The notes below the pieces were generated by a model. The model did not search any database. It was not told the origin of the DNA and saw nothing but the letters and a program-made list of their open reading frames with translations. Shown here one piece after another: positions 52,737-62,365 of a stretch of DNA of 64,000 nt (positions are counted from its first letter, which is position 1; each line of letters starts with the position of its first letter). The position numbers were made by a program, and so were the translations under genes. This stretch comes from Candidatus Parcubacteria bacterium (GTDB lineage: Bacteria; Patescibacteriota; Minisyncoccia; Phycocordibacterales; JAKFXT01): assembly GCA_021414235.1 (NCBI GenBank), contig JAIOOV010000004.1, forward strand, positions 36,250 to 100,249. The letters are read 5' to 3'.

Positions 52737-53687
52737 TTACGAGGCACACTGATACGGAGTGTTTTCTGTTGTTCCGAAAATTATGTGCAAATGAGGTGGG
52801 TTGGTCTCTTGTACGAAGGTGTCGTTTCCGATACGGTAGGTCACTTCTCCATTAGAGGGGTTCCGAACAGGGTTTCGGTCTTGTGCACGGAGGTAAGAGG
52901 TGATGTCCGCATCGGTAGAGCTGATATCTATCATCGGGCGGCCTGCTCCGTGCGTGCGGTGACCATCTTCTGTTCCGCCAGTGACGGTGATGGTGCAGTT
53001 CAGACAGTTATCCTTGAACCGTATGAGTCCTTCCACTGCTTGCCGAGGTAGGCCAGCGACATCGGTGCAGCCTCCGGATACGCTTTGGAAGCTTCTGCCG
53101 CCGCAGGAACTTTTGTTGACGTTTATGCCTGCGTCAGAAAGCGCTTCTCTGGTGCAGCGTTCCTGTGCTGTACTTGTGGTGGGAGGAGGGGTTGTTCCTG
53201 GCGGGGTAGTAGAAGGGGGTAAAGTAATGCACTGCACTTCGTTCCATGGGCCATACTGCCGAGCCTCCGGACTGAGCACTGTCTTCAATACGGTATCGAT
53301 GACAACATAGGCGCAGAGCATGATGGCCGCACCGATGATTACATTCCAGAGTATCTCCTTGGCTTTTGTCATTGCGCTTGGATCTCCTCCTGCCATCATC
53401 AGCTTGGCTCCTGCGTATACGAAGAGGAGCACGGCGACGACTGTCGCGAGATAGAACATGAAGGAGATCACGTTGTTCACGGCTTTGACCACGTGACAAA
53501 GCTGGCAAGAGAAACCGTCACAGCCGATATTTTCCTCACCCACCAGTCCTTTGGTGATATCGAAATTGTTGGTCCCCGTCTGCGCTGCTGCTTCCGGCAG
53601 AGGCACGAGGTAGGAGAGGGAGACGAGGGCAAAGAAGGCGAGTCCTGCGAGGAAGTGAGGGAGCTTGCCGGAGATGTTCTTGTTCAT
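52737..53687 (-). CDS. Secreted membrane protein with VirB2/TrbC-pilin-like N-terminal region and Cys-rich C-terminal domain
   Basis: Signal peptide plus two hydrophobic helices (VISFMFYLATVVAVLLFVYAGAKLMMAGG...ILWNVIIGAAIMLCAYVVI), a Thr/Pro linker, then a ~160-aa domain with 8 Cys. Architecture parallels the ORF at 20094-20855. Confidence 0.4.
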   Translation of the reverse strand: MNKNISGKLPHFLAGLAFFALVSLSYLVPLPEAAAQTGTNNFDITKGLVGEENIGCDGFSCQLCHVVKAVNNVISFMFYLATVVAVLLFVYAGAKLMMAGGDPSAMTKAKEILWNVIIGAAIMLCAYVVIDTVLKTVLSPEARQYGPWNEVQCITLPPSTTPPGTTPPPTTSTAQERCTREALSDAGINVNKSSCGGRSFQSVSGGCTDVAGLPRQAVEGLIRFKDNCLNCTITVTGGTEDGHRTHGAGRPMIDISSTDADITSYLRAQDRNPVRNPSNGEVTYRIGNDTFVQETNPPHLHIIFGTTENTPYQCAS

Positions 53688-53827
53688 CCTCGTATTCTAA
53701 GGGTGAATGCCTGAAAACGAAACTCGTAGCCTGCTTCAGTAATGAAGGGTGGATGGTAAAGTATGTGAATTCTTGTGGAGAATAAGTAGGGTAAGCGAAG
53801 AAGGCTTTAATCGTCATTACCGTCATC

Positions 53828-54493
53828 ATGAGTACGGGAAAAGCAGATTCAGGATCCCCGAACTGGGTATTTATAGGTATCGGCGCCCTCGCGCTCCTTA
53901 CGGTACTTATAGGATTCACCCTCTGGCCGGCGGAGCGCGGAGGCCCAGGGCCGTTCGGCTCTGCACCCGTGGCCTGCACTATGGAGGCTAAGCTATGCCC
54001 CGACGGTTCTTCCGTAGGTAGGACAGGCCCGGACTGCGAATTCGCAGTGTGTCCGGGCACACAGACTCCTTCCGGGTGGAATACTTTTCGCGACGATTTT
54101 CGAGGTATCTCTTTCCGGTATCCGGCTCAGCTCGGCACGACCTATATATCGGCTACTGATTGGCCGCCGGCGGTTGCCATTACCAGCGCACCTTTCTCGT
54201 GTATCGAGGCGGGGAGCGAGGGAGCGCGTGCGGGTATCACCGAACGACGTTTCGTAGACTCCCGCGAATACTGTGTGACCCGGGTGACCGAGGGGGCTGC
54301 AGGTAGCATCTATACTCAATATACCTACGCATCTCCCAGAAGAGCCGGAGCGGCGACCTTCACCTTTACTACGCGAGCTACCCAGTGTGCCAACTATGAC
54401 GAACCGCACAAGAGTGCGTGCACAGCCGAAAGGCAGTCTTTCGATATGGATGGGGTGGTGGATAGGATGGCGCAGAGCCTCTCCCTAGAATAG
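53828..54493 (+). CDS. Membrane-anchored extracytoplasmic hypothetical protein
   Basis: N-terminal TM (WVFIGIGALALLTVLIGFTLW) and a Cys-containing extracellular region. Confidence 0.45.
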   Translation: MSTGKADSGSPNWVFIGIGALALLTVLIGFTLWPAERGGPGPFGSAPVACTMEAKLCPDGSSVGRTGPDCEFAVCPGTQTPSGWNTFRDDFRGISFRYPAQLGTTYISATDWPPAVAITSAPFSCIEAGSEGARAGITERRFVDSREYCVTRVTEGAAGSIYTQYTYASPRRAGAATFTFTTRATQCANYDEPHKSACTAERQSFDMDGVVDRMAQSLSLE

Positions 54494-54514
54494 CTGCTCC
54501 TCATCGGATATGAT

Positions 54515-54766
54515 GTGGTCCATAACCTATCCGGCATGACCAAACTCAAGGACGAACTGAGGGAAAAGACACTCGGCTACATCATCACTGCGCTCGGTCT
54601 CGTGGCGGGCCTGGCTTGGAACGAGGCTATCAAGAGCTTCATCGAGTACGTGTTTCCGCTAGGGAACAACACTCTGCTGCTTAAGTTTATCTATGCGATC
54701 GTTGTTACGGTAGCTATAGTCATCTTCGCTACGAACCTGAATCGTTTCTTTGGAAAGACTGAATAG
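54515..54766 (+). CDS. Small two-TM membrane protein
   Basis: 83 aa; possible start at 54536 (MTKLKDE). Confidence 0.4.
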   Translation: MVHNLSGMTKLKDELREKTLGYIITALGLVAGLAWNEAIKSFIEYVFPLGNNTLLLKFIYAIVVTVAIVIFATNLNRFFGKTE

Positions 54767-54767
54767 T

Positions 54768-55751
54768 ATGGATCGTATCTTCTTTTTTCCGATACTCATC
54801 GCGCTGGTTACTCTGGCCGCGGTCTATCTCTGGGGAGGGCTCCAGGCCCTCATCCTCGCGGCCATCCTCTCGGTGCTCGAGGTCACGCTCTCTTTTGATA
54901 ACGCGGTGGTGAACGCTAAGGTGCTGAAGAAAATGGACGAGACCTGGCAGCGTCGCTTCCTCACCTGGGGCATCCTCATCGCCGTCTTTGGCACGCGCCT
55001 CGTCCTCCCCATACTCATCGTGAGCGCGGTGGTGTGGCTCTCTCCTTTGGCGGTGCTCGGGCTCGTGCTCTACGACTCCGCGCACTATGCAGAGCTCTTG
55101 GAGCAGGTGCATCCGGCGATCAGCTCCTTCGGCGGAGCTTTTCTCCTCATGGTGGCGCTCAAGTACTTCTTCGATGAGGCCAAGGAGATTCACTGGATCA
55201 GGATGATAGAGAAGCGTCTTGCGGGGTGGGGGAGGATTGAGGCTGTGGAGATAGCGCTTGCGCTCGTTATTCTGGTGACCCTTGCTTCTGTCTCTACTGT
55301 ACCTGCGGTGATCCTCTCTGCGGGCATTATCGGTATCGTCCTCTTTATCTTAGTAGAGGGTCTCGCTAATTCCCTCGGCTCAGGTTCTTCCTTGGTCGCG
55401 GGGACAGGTCTCTCCCTTTTCCTTTACCTCAATGTTCTGGACTCTGCTTTCTCTCTCGACGGAGTCATCGGCGCTTTCGCGCTCACTGTGCAGCTTCCCA
55501 TCATCGTAGCAGGCCTCGGTATCGGCGCTTATTTCGTGCGCAGCATGACGGTCTACTTAGTGCGCAACAAGACACTCGACAATCTGATCTATCTCGAGCA
55601 CGGCGCACACTGGGCCATCCTCGGCCTTGCTCTCTCTATGTTTGCGGGGCTCCTTATTCATGTGCCGGAGATCATCATCGGATCCATCGGCCTCTTCTTC
55701 GTGCTTCTTGCGTACGTATCGTCTCGGAGAGAAAGGGCGCAGGCGTCTTGA
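54768..55751 (+). CDS. DUF475/TerC-like integral membrane protein
   Basis: LEVTLSFDNAVVNA motif; ~9 TM; start at MDRIFFFPIL. Confidence 0.7.
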   Translation: MDRIFFFPILIALVTLAAVYLWGGLQALILAAILSVLEVTLSFDNAVVNAKVLKKMDETWQRRFLTWGILIAVFGTRLVLPILIVSAVVWLSPLAVLGLVLYDSAHYAELLEQVHPAISSFGGAFLLMVALKYFFDEAKEIHWIRMIEKRLAGWGRIEAVEIALALVILVTLASVSTVPAVILSAGIIGIVLFILVEGLANSLGSGSSLVAGTGLSLFLYLNVLDSAFSLDGVIGAFALTVQLPIIVAGLGIGAYFVRSMTVYLVRNKTLDNLIYLEHGAHWAILGLALSMFAGLLIHVPEIIIGSIGLFFVLLAYVSSRRERAQAS

Positions 55752-55806
55752 CAAAATACTACTTTTGATACATAATTCACATTGAATCCCTCACACAAGG
55801 TGCGGC

Positions 55807-56268
55807 ATGTACAATAAAATCTCGGTTCCCCCGGGGTATCTCAGCCCCTTTCTCCAGGCGGTTCGGTCCCGTCTCTACCAGCTCTCTGAGAAGGACTTCG
55901 ACCCGATCTGGCTTTCTATGGAGCTCAGTGCTCTGGGAATCTCGGAAAGCGTCGTGCTTCTGAGGCGCGACTCCTGGGGGCGGCTTGAATTTCGTTTCGC
56001 AGGACACTCTCTGGTTGATCGCTTCCCTGAGCTTTCTTGTCGGCATCTCCCTCTGATTGATCTCGACAGGACGGCTTTCGTCAAATGGGTTAGCGACTAC
56101 GCTGCGGTCGCCGCCCTCGGCATGACGATCCATGGCGAAGGATGGTTCTCTCTTTACGGCAAGGACGCGCGCCTCCAAGGCTTCTTTCTACCGGCGGGGC
56201 TCGTTTCCGGAGGTGTTGCGGATAGGGTCCTTGGGGTCATCGATTACCCAGACGGCCCGCCTACCTGA
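55807..56268 (+). CDS. Hypothetical protein
   Basis: 153 aa, no recognised domain. Confidence 0.4.
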   Translation: MYNKISVPPGYLSPFLQAVRSRLYQLSEKDFDPIWLSMELSALGISESVVLLRRDSWGRLEFRFAGHSLVDRFPELSCRHLPLIDLDRTAFVKWVSDYAAVAALGMTIHGEGWFSLYGKDARLQGFFLPAGLVSGGVADRVLGVIDYPDGPPT

Positions 56269-56355
56269 TGCGTTTTGTAGTACCTTTTCGACGGTCTCGG
56301 CTTTGCCGAGACCGTTTCTCATATTTATTCCTGCTATACTTTATTCACGCAACTC

Positions 56356-57018
56356 ATGAAGCTCTACAGCCTCGTTCCGCGCGTCCTGCAGTTCATCGCT
56401 TGGTGGCCGACGTATTTCGGATTCAGGTTCTTCTATGGCTTCAAAGTCAAAGGAAGGAAGAATCTGAAAGGCCTCACGCAAGCGATCTTCGCTTGCAATC
56501 ATTCGAGTGAGCTCGATCCGATAATGCTCACGGCAGCCGCGACGCCTTTTGGCAGCTTCGCTCCTATGTTCTACGTCTCACGGGGCAAGGACTTCTACCA
56601 GGATGATTACTTCGGCTGGAGGAAGCTCCTCTATGGTGGTTTCTTTTTCACCCTCTGGGGCGCCTTCAGGGCGTATTCGGGAATGAAGGATTATGAAAAG
56701 AGCCTCAGGAACCACATCGAAATCCTGGAAGACGGTCATAGTCTCTGTATCTTCCCGGAAGGACGCAAGACTAAGAACGGCAAGCTACAGGAAGGGCATG
56801 GGGGAGTTGCGTTTCTCTCGCATCGGACTGGGGTACCTATCGTGCCGGTGCGAATTCGTGGGACATACCGATTTTCCTTTACGCCGCTCTTCTCCAGGAG
56901 GCGGGGAGTGACGGTGACTTTTGGCGAGCCGATGGTCCCTGCTTTTGAACAGGATTTCTCCGTTGAAAAAGCCAAGCAAGAAGCGCAGGAGGTGATGTCT
57001 CGGATCGCCGCTTTATAA
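56356..57018 (+). CDS. plsC: 1-acyl-sn-glycerol-3-phosphate acyltransferase
   Basis: HX4D motif (NHSSELD); FPEGRKTKNG; VPIVPVRIRG. Confidence 0.8.
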   Translation: MKLYSLVPRVLQFIAWWPTYFGFRFFYGFKVKGRKNLKGLTQAIFACNHSSELDPIMLTAAATPFGSFAPMFYVSRGKDFYQDDYFGWRKLLYGGFFFTLWGAFRAYSGMKDYEKSLRNHIEILEDGHSLCIFPEGRKTKNGKLQEGHGGVAFLSHRTGVPIVPVRIRGTYRFSFTPLFSRRRGVTVTFGEPMVPAFEQDFSVEKAKQEAQEVMSRIAAL

Positions 57019-57057
57019 AGAGGGTAGTTCTTGTCACCGTAGCTCATATTTCCTATA

Positions 57058-58314
57058 GTGCAGTCTATGTCCATCACTAATATCGCCAAGGCCCTCAAGG
57101 ACCGAGGTCTCGTAGAGCAGGAGGCTGGCGATATGAATACCTTTCTCGCTGAAAAGCGGAAGGTTTATCTTGGCATCGATCCGACAGCCGATTCCCTTCA
57201 TGTCGGCAATCTGGTGCCTGTCTTTCTGATGAAGCACCTCGCGGACGCGGGGCATGAGGCGGTGTTCTTGGTCGGAGGCGGCACTGGAATGATCGGCGAT
57301 CCGCGCGAGAGTGGCGAGCGCGTCATGCTTGATACGGAGATTGTGGATAGGAATACTGCCTCTATCCGCGCACAGCTCCTCAAGATTTTTGAAGGCAAGC
57401 AGTATCCTATTTTCAACAATGCGGAGTGGCTCACCAAGCTCGGAGCCATCGAATTCCTCCGCGATATCGGCAAGCACTTCACCGTCAATCAGCTGGTGAA
57501 GCGCGATACCATCAAGAATCGCCTGGACGCAGAAGACCCTCTTTCATTCACTGAGTTTTCCTACGCCCTTCTTCAGGGGTATGACTACCTTCATCTCTAT
57601 AAAACGGAAGGGGTGGATCTTCAGGTGGGAGGATCTGATCAGTGGACTAACATCCTCTCTGGGGTGGATCTGATCCGCCGCAAGGAGGGGGCGGCCGTGT
57701 ACGCTCTTACGGTACCAATCATTGTGGATAAGAAGAGCGGCAAGAAGTTTGGTAAATCGGAAGGGAATGCGGTCTGGCTTGATCCGGAGAAGACTTCTCC
57801 TTTTGAGTTCTATCAGTTCTGGGTCAATGCTTCAGACGAGGGTGTGGAGGACTATCTGAAGATCTTCACTTTCCTCCCGCTTGAGAAGATAGCCGAAGTT
57901 GTCGCAGAGCACGCTGCGGATCCTGCGAAGAGGGTAGCGCAGGAACTCCTTGCTTTGGAAGTCACTATGTTGGTACACGGTGGGGAGGCCGCACGCAACG
58001 CCGAACGAATTTCCAGTCTTATTTTTGGAGATAATTCCTCTCTTTTGTCTCTCTCTCAAGACGAGATTGATTCTTTGGTCCATAGCATGCCGAGCGCTAC
58101 TGTCGAGAGCGGTGCTAGCGTCGTCGATGTTCTGGTCTCTGCCGGACTTGCACCTTCCAAATCAGAAGCGCGGCGCCTTATCGAGGGGAGAGGGGTGTAT
58201 ATGAATGATAAACTCGTCGAAGCTGCTGATTCCGTGTCAGCCCAAGATGGGGGGGCTAAGGGGGTCGGACTTCTTCGTGTCGGAAAGAAAGTTGCCCTTG
58301 TTTTAATGAAATAA
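57058..58314 (+). CDS. tyrS: Tyrosine--tRNA ligase
   Basis: HIGH (HVGNL); KMSKS (KFGKS); C-terminal S4 domain. Confidence 0.95.
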   Translation: MQSMSITNIAKALKDRGLVEQEAGDMNTFLAEKRKVYLGIDPTADSLHVGNLVPVFLMKHLADAGHEAVFLVGGGTGMIGDPRESGERVMLDTEIVDRNTASIRAQLLKIFEGKQYPIFNNAEWLTKLGAIEFLRDIGKHFTVNQLVKRDTIKNRLDAEDPLSFTEFSYALLQGYDYLHLYKTEGVDLQVGGSDQWTNILSGVDLIRRKEGAAVYALTVPIIVDKKSGKKFGKSEGNAVWLDPEKTSPFEFYQFWVNASDEGVEDYLKIFTFLPLEKIAEVVAEHAADPAKRVAQELLALEVTMLVHGGEAARNAERISSLIFGDNSSLLSLSQDEIDSLVHSMPSATVESGASVVDVLVSAGLAPSKSEARRLIEGRGVYMNDKLVEAADSVSAQDGGAKGVGLLRVGKKVALVLMK

Positions 58315-58352
58315 GGTTTCTTTAGAATTGGCGTGATAAAATACGCTTCTTA

Positions 58353-59531
58353 ATGAAGACCTTACGCCGTTCGCTTCGGGCGATCCTCCATAGTTTCCGC
58401 GATCTGGCAGTGCTTCTTCTGCCGGAGCGCCGGTTTTCGGAATACGCGTACGCTTTCATTGTTCACCCTCGCGATATTCGCGATGTTTATCGACAGTACC
58501 CCTTCTTGCGCGCGGTCCCGTCTGCTTTGGTCAAGTTGGTTCTCCGCTCTTACTGGCCGGTCATCATCTCTCGGGTTTCAGGTCTTAGCTCTGTCGAGAG
58601 CGGAAAGGAGGTGCGAGGGTTCGTACTCGCGGTCCCTCTTACTGCGGAGCAGATGCTTGCTGACAGGGAGCTGGCGCGGAGAAAGATCATTCAAGCGGCG
58701 AAGCTTGCCAAGAAGAGTGGCGCCAAGATCATCGGTCTCGGGGGGCTTACCGCCTCGATGTCTCGTGGAGGTTTGGATGTTGTCGAGAACGTGAAGATAA
58801 ACGTCACCACCGGGCATGCGTATACGGCGCATAACGTCAGTCAGAACCTCTTTAATCTTATGGAGCGCTTTGGTTCGTCCAAGGACGAGGTGCTTGTCGC
58901 TATTGTGGGAGCTGCAGGGTCTATCGGTTCAAGCACGGCTCAGGTGGTGGCCAGGGAGGGGTTCATGCGAATTCTCCTTGTTGAGGTCGAGCGGAAGAAG
59001 GATGCTGTTCAAAAACTGATCCCTATCCTCGAGGCTCTGAATCCGGGTATCGATGTGCGGGTTTCTCATTCAATCGAAGATATTCGGGAGGCCGATTTTG
59101 TCGTCACCGCTACCAATACCCCGGAGGCTTTAGTGCGCTCGCATCATCTGAAGCCGGGAGCGGTTGTGATTGACGATGCACAGCCCTCTGATGTCGCCCC
59201 CGAGGTCCTTCTTCGCCCCGATGTTTTGGTCGTTGAGGCGGGCGTAGTGCACACTCCTGCTATAAGGACGCATTTCGATTTCAATCTGAAAGGAAAGAAT
59301 GATACCTTTTGCTGTATGGCAGAGCTCCTCATACTTGCTGCTCACGGCTGGGACGATCACTATACGATTGCTCGCACGGACCTGAAGCAGGTCGATACCA
59401 TCGCTTCTTGGGGAAGAACTCTCGATTTCAAGCCGGCCGCTCTCCAGAATTTCCTTGAGTCTATCTCTGACGAGAAGGTCGGGCATGTCAGGGACTCTGC
59501 TCGCGGCGTTCTCGTCGAAGTCTCACGATGA
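58353..59531 (+). CDS. Acyl-ACP reductase (AAR)-like NAD(P)-dependent oxidoreductase
   Basis: Block-wise similarity to cyanobacterial AAR: IIGLGGLTASM / TTGHAYTAHNV / VAIVGAAGSIGSS / EADFVVTATN / VVIDDAQP. Confidence 0.5.
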   Translation: MKTLRRSLRAILHSFRDLAVLLLPERRFSEYAYAFIVHPRDIRDVYRQYPFLRAVPSALVKLVLRSYWPVIISRVSGLSSVESGKEVRGFVLAVPLTAEQMLADRELARRKIIQAAKLAKKSGAKIIGLGGLTASMSRGGLDVVENVKINVTTGHAYTAHNVSQNLFNLMERFGSSKDEVLVAIVGAAGSIGSSTAQVVAREGFMRILLVEVERKKDAVQKLIPILEALNPGIDVRVSHSIEDIREADFVVTATNTPEALVRSHHLKPGAVVIDDAQPSDVAPEVLLRPDVLVVEAGVVHTPAIRTHFDFNLKGKNDTFCCMAELLILAAHGWDDHYTIARTDLKQVDTIASWGRTLDFKPAALQNFLESISDEKVGHVRDSARGVLVEVSR

Positions 59532-61150
59532 TCTTTAATCTTGATGTAATCAACGCGCTTGTCGCCATTGCAGCCGTCGTTAATACTGGCTACGGTCTCA
59601 TCATCTATTCCCGCCACCGCGAGAGTCGGACGAACCTGATGTTCTTCCTGCTCACTCTTGCCGTGAGCGCGTGGGGCGTCGGCATGTTCCTTTATCGCGG
59701 TCTTGCAGATAGGGAGCAGGCCGTACTTGCGGCGAGGTTCCTCTATATCGGTGCATCCCTCATTCCGCTTGCCTTCATTCATTTCGCATACGTCTTTCCG
59801 AGGGAGTCTGGAGGACTCCGGAGATCGCTCAGTCTCTGGCTCTTGGTTCCACTCGTTCCTCTGCTCGTCGCCATCGCTCTTCCTGGTGGTCTCATAAAAG
59901 ACGTGCTGCCGGTCGTCTCTGACGAAAGGCACATAGTTTTCAATCAGCTCCTACACGCTCTTTATGGTCTCTATATCGTCACCTACTTCACCATCGGTTA
60001 TATGGTGCTCATTCGCAAATATCTTCTCGCGGAGCGCTCTCTCCGTTTCCAGATAGGATACATCCTCGCGGGTACCTTTACCGCGACGTGCATCGGGGTG
60101 GTCACGAACCTGGTACTGCCATTCATTGGCGTCTTCTCATTGAACTGGGTGGGACAGGTAGGTATCGTGGCCATGATCATGGCTATCTCCTACGCCATCC
60201 TCAAGCATCACCTCTTCGACGTTAAGGTGATCGCCACTGAGCTCCTCCTCTTTTCTTTGTGGATGTTTATCCTGGTACGCGTTCTTATCGCGAGCAATCT
60301 TAAAGATCGGATTATCGACAGCGTGCTCTTTGCGGCGACAGTCGTCGTGGGCGTCTTCCTGATCCGCAGCGTGCTGAAGGAAGTCGAATCGAGAGAGCAT
60401 ATCGAGAAGCTGGCGCTCGATCTGGAACAGGCCAACGAGAAGCTCAAGGAAGTGGATCGCCTAAAGTCAGAATTTCTCTCCATGGGTACGCATCAGCTGA
60501 GGAGTCCTTTAACTGCTATCAAGGGCTACGCTTCACTCATTATCGAAGGCTCTTTCGGTAAGCCGCCTAAGGCCATCGAGGAGGCAGTAGAGCGCATCTA
60601 TCAGTCGAGCCGCTCCATGGCCAACACCATTGAGGACTTCCTGACCATCTCTCGCATCGAGCAGAATCGTATGAAGTACGACTTCGCGGTGACCGACCTT
60701 GGCAAGGTCGTGAGAGACGTCATGGCCGAACTCCTGCCGAATGCGCTGAAGGCGGGCCTTCAGCTCACCTATGTGGACGACAAGAAGGGTCCGTATAGCG
60801 TGAATATTGATATCGGCAAGATTCGTCAGGTGATCATCAACTTCTTGGATAACGCGATGAAGTACACGCCCAAAGGCTCCATCACTCTGCGGATAGGGAA
60901 GAACGAGGCGACCAAGAAGATCCTGGTGTCTTTTGTAGATACCGGCGTGGGTATGAGCAAGGAGACTATCGATAAGCTCTTCCAGCGCTTCTCTCGTGCG
61001 GCGGATGCAAACAAGGTGAACGTGATGGGTACGGGCTTAGGTCTCTTCGTGGCTAAAGAAATGGTAACGGCGCACAAGGGCCGCGTGTGGGCGGAGTCGG
61101 AAGGCCCAGGTAAGGGCTCTCAGTTCTACTTGGAACTCGACGCAGCGTAG
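59528..61150 (+). CDS. Sensor histidine kinase with N-terminal polytopic membrane domain
   Basis: ~7 TM in the first 260 aa; HisKA (EFLSMGTHQLRSPLTAIKGY); HATPase_c (GTGLGLFVAKEMVTAHKGRVWAES). No response regulator is adjacent. Confidence 0.85.
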   Translation: MIFNLDVINALVAIAAVVNTGYGLIIYSRHRESRTNLMFFLLTLAVSAWGVGMFLYRGLADREQAVLAARFLYIGASLIPLAFIHFAYVFPRESGGLRRSLSLWLLVPLVPLLVAIALPGGLIKDVLPVVSDERHIVFNQLLHALYGLYIVTYFTIGYMVLIRKYLLAERSLRFQIGYILAGTFTATCIGVVTNLVLPFIGVFSLNWVGQVGIVAMIMAISYAILKHHLFDVKVIATELLLFSLWMFILVRVLIASNLKDRIIDSVLFAATVVVGVFLIRSVLKEVESREHIEKLALDLEQANEKLKEVDRLKSEFLSMGTHQLRSPLTAIKGYASLIIEGSFGKPPKAIEEAVERIYQSSRSMANTIEDFLTISRIEQNRMKYDFAVTDLGKVVRDVMAELLPNALKAGLQLTYVDDKKGPYSVNIDIGKIRQVIINFLDNAMKYTPKGSITLRIGKNEATKKILVSFVDTGVGMSKETIDKLFQRFSRAADANKVNVMGTGLGLFVAKEMVTAHKGRVWAESEGPGKGSQFYLELDAA

Positions 61151-61151
61151 T

Positions 61152-62315
61152 TTATTTAGAAGCCTCCACAACGGCTTTCGCCACAAGGTCGGCGAGACCT
61201 TCCTGGAAAGGAGAGGGGATTATCATATCCTCGTTGGGATTCTCCACTGCCGCAGCCAGAGCATGGGCTGCGGCTAATTTCATATCGTCTGTAATCGCAG
61301 TAAGGCGGGCCCCCACGGCGCCTTTGAATATACCGGGATACGCGAGGACGTTGTTGATCTGATTGGGGAAGTCAGAGCGTCCGGTGGCTACGACGCGGGC
61401 TCCTCCGGCCTTGGCCTCTTCTGGCATGATCTCCGGGGTGGGGTTGGCCATGGCGAAGACAATCGCATCTTTATTCATGGTAGCGACAAGTTCGGAAGTA
61501 AGAACTTTCCCCTTAGAAACACCGAGGAAGATGTCAGCTCCTTTGAGTGCGTCTGCAAGTGTCCCAGAGATATCGCGAGGATTGGTGTAGGCGAGCGCTT
61601 CAGCCTTCATGCCACTGAGGTCGGAGCGGTTCTTGCTTACGATGCCGGTGCTGTCACAGAGGATGATGTCTTTGATTCCGTAGCGGTGAAGCAGTTTCGC
61701 AGAGGCGATGCCGGCAGCTCCCGCACCAGAGAGGACCAGGCGCACGTCTTCCGCCTTCTTCCCAACTATGGCGAGCGCGTTGATGAGTCCTGCAAGGATG
61801 ACTACGGCGGTGCCGTGCTGGTCATCGTGCATCACTGGGATAGAGAGCTCTTTCTTGAGTCGCTCCTCTATCTCAAAGCAGCGCGGAGCGGAGATGTCTT
61901 CTAGGTTGATACCGCCGAAGGTGGGGGCGATGGCTTTGACCGCGGCGATGATCTCTTCAGTGTTCTTGGTACCAAGGACGATGGGGAAGCCGTCGAGCCC
62001 AGCGAAGCGCTTGAAGAGGACCGCTTTGCCTTCCATCACAGGGAGAGCCGCTTCGGGGCCGATGTCACCGAGTCCAAGCACTGCTGAGCCGTCGGAGACG
62101 ATGGCTACGCCATTCTTGGTGGAGGTGAGGTCGTAGGCGAGGGACTTATCCCTAGCGATCTCAAGGCAGGGACCAGCGACGCCGGGAGTGTAGGCGAGAG
62201 AAAGCTCTTCGCGGTTGGTGACCGGGAGCTTGCTCTCGACGGAGAGCTTGCCTCGGTTCTCCTTGTGTACGCGGATACTCTCGGTTTGGTAGTCCATGAT
62301 GGGTAATAGTAGCAC
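61152..62315 (-). CDS. NAD(P)-dependent malic enzyme (small form)
   Basis: LSLAYTPGVA...VSDGSAVLGLGDIG...; Rossmann motif GAGAAGIA. 387 aa. Confidence 0.9.
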   Translation of the reverse strand: MLLLPIMDYQTESIRVHKENRGKLSVESKLPVTNREELSLAYTPGVAGPCLEIARDKSLAYDLTSTKNGVAIVSDGSAVLGLGDIGPEAALPVMEGKAVLFKRFAGLDGFPIVLGTKNTEEIIAAVKAIAPTFGGINLEDISAPRCFEIEERLKKELSIPVMHDDQHGTAVVILAGLINALAIVGKKAEDVRLVLSGAGAAGIASAKLLHRYGIKDIILCDSTGIVSKNRSDLSGMKAEALAYTNPRDISGTLADALKGADIFLGVSKGKVLTSELVATMNKDAIVFAMANPTPEIMPEEAKAGGARVVATGRSDFPNQINNVLAYPGIFKGAVGARLTAITDDMKLAAAHALAAAVENPNEDMIIPSPFQEGLADLVAKAVVEASK

Positions 62316-62365
62316 TTAGGAGAGGGGTGCAATGCTATACTTAGCCGACAATACGTTTTGAAATC

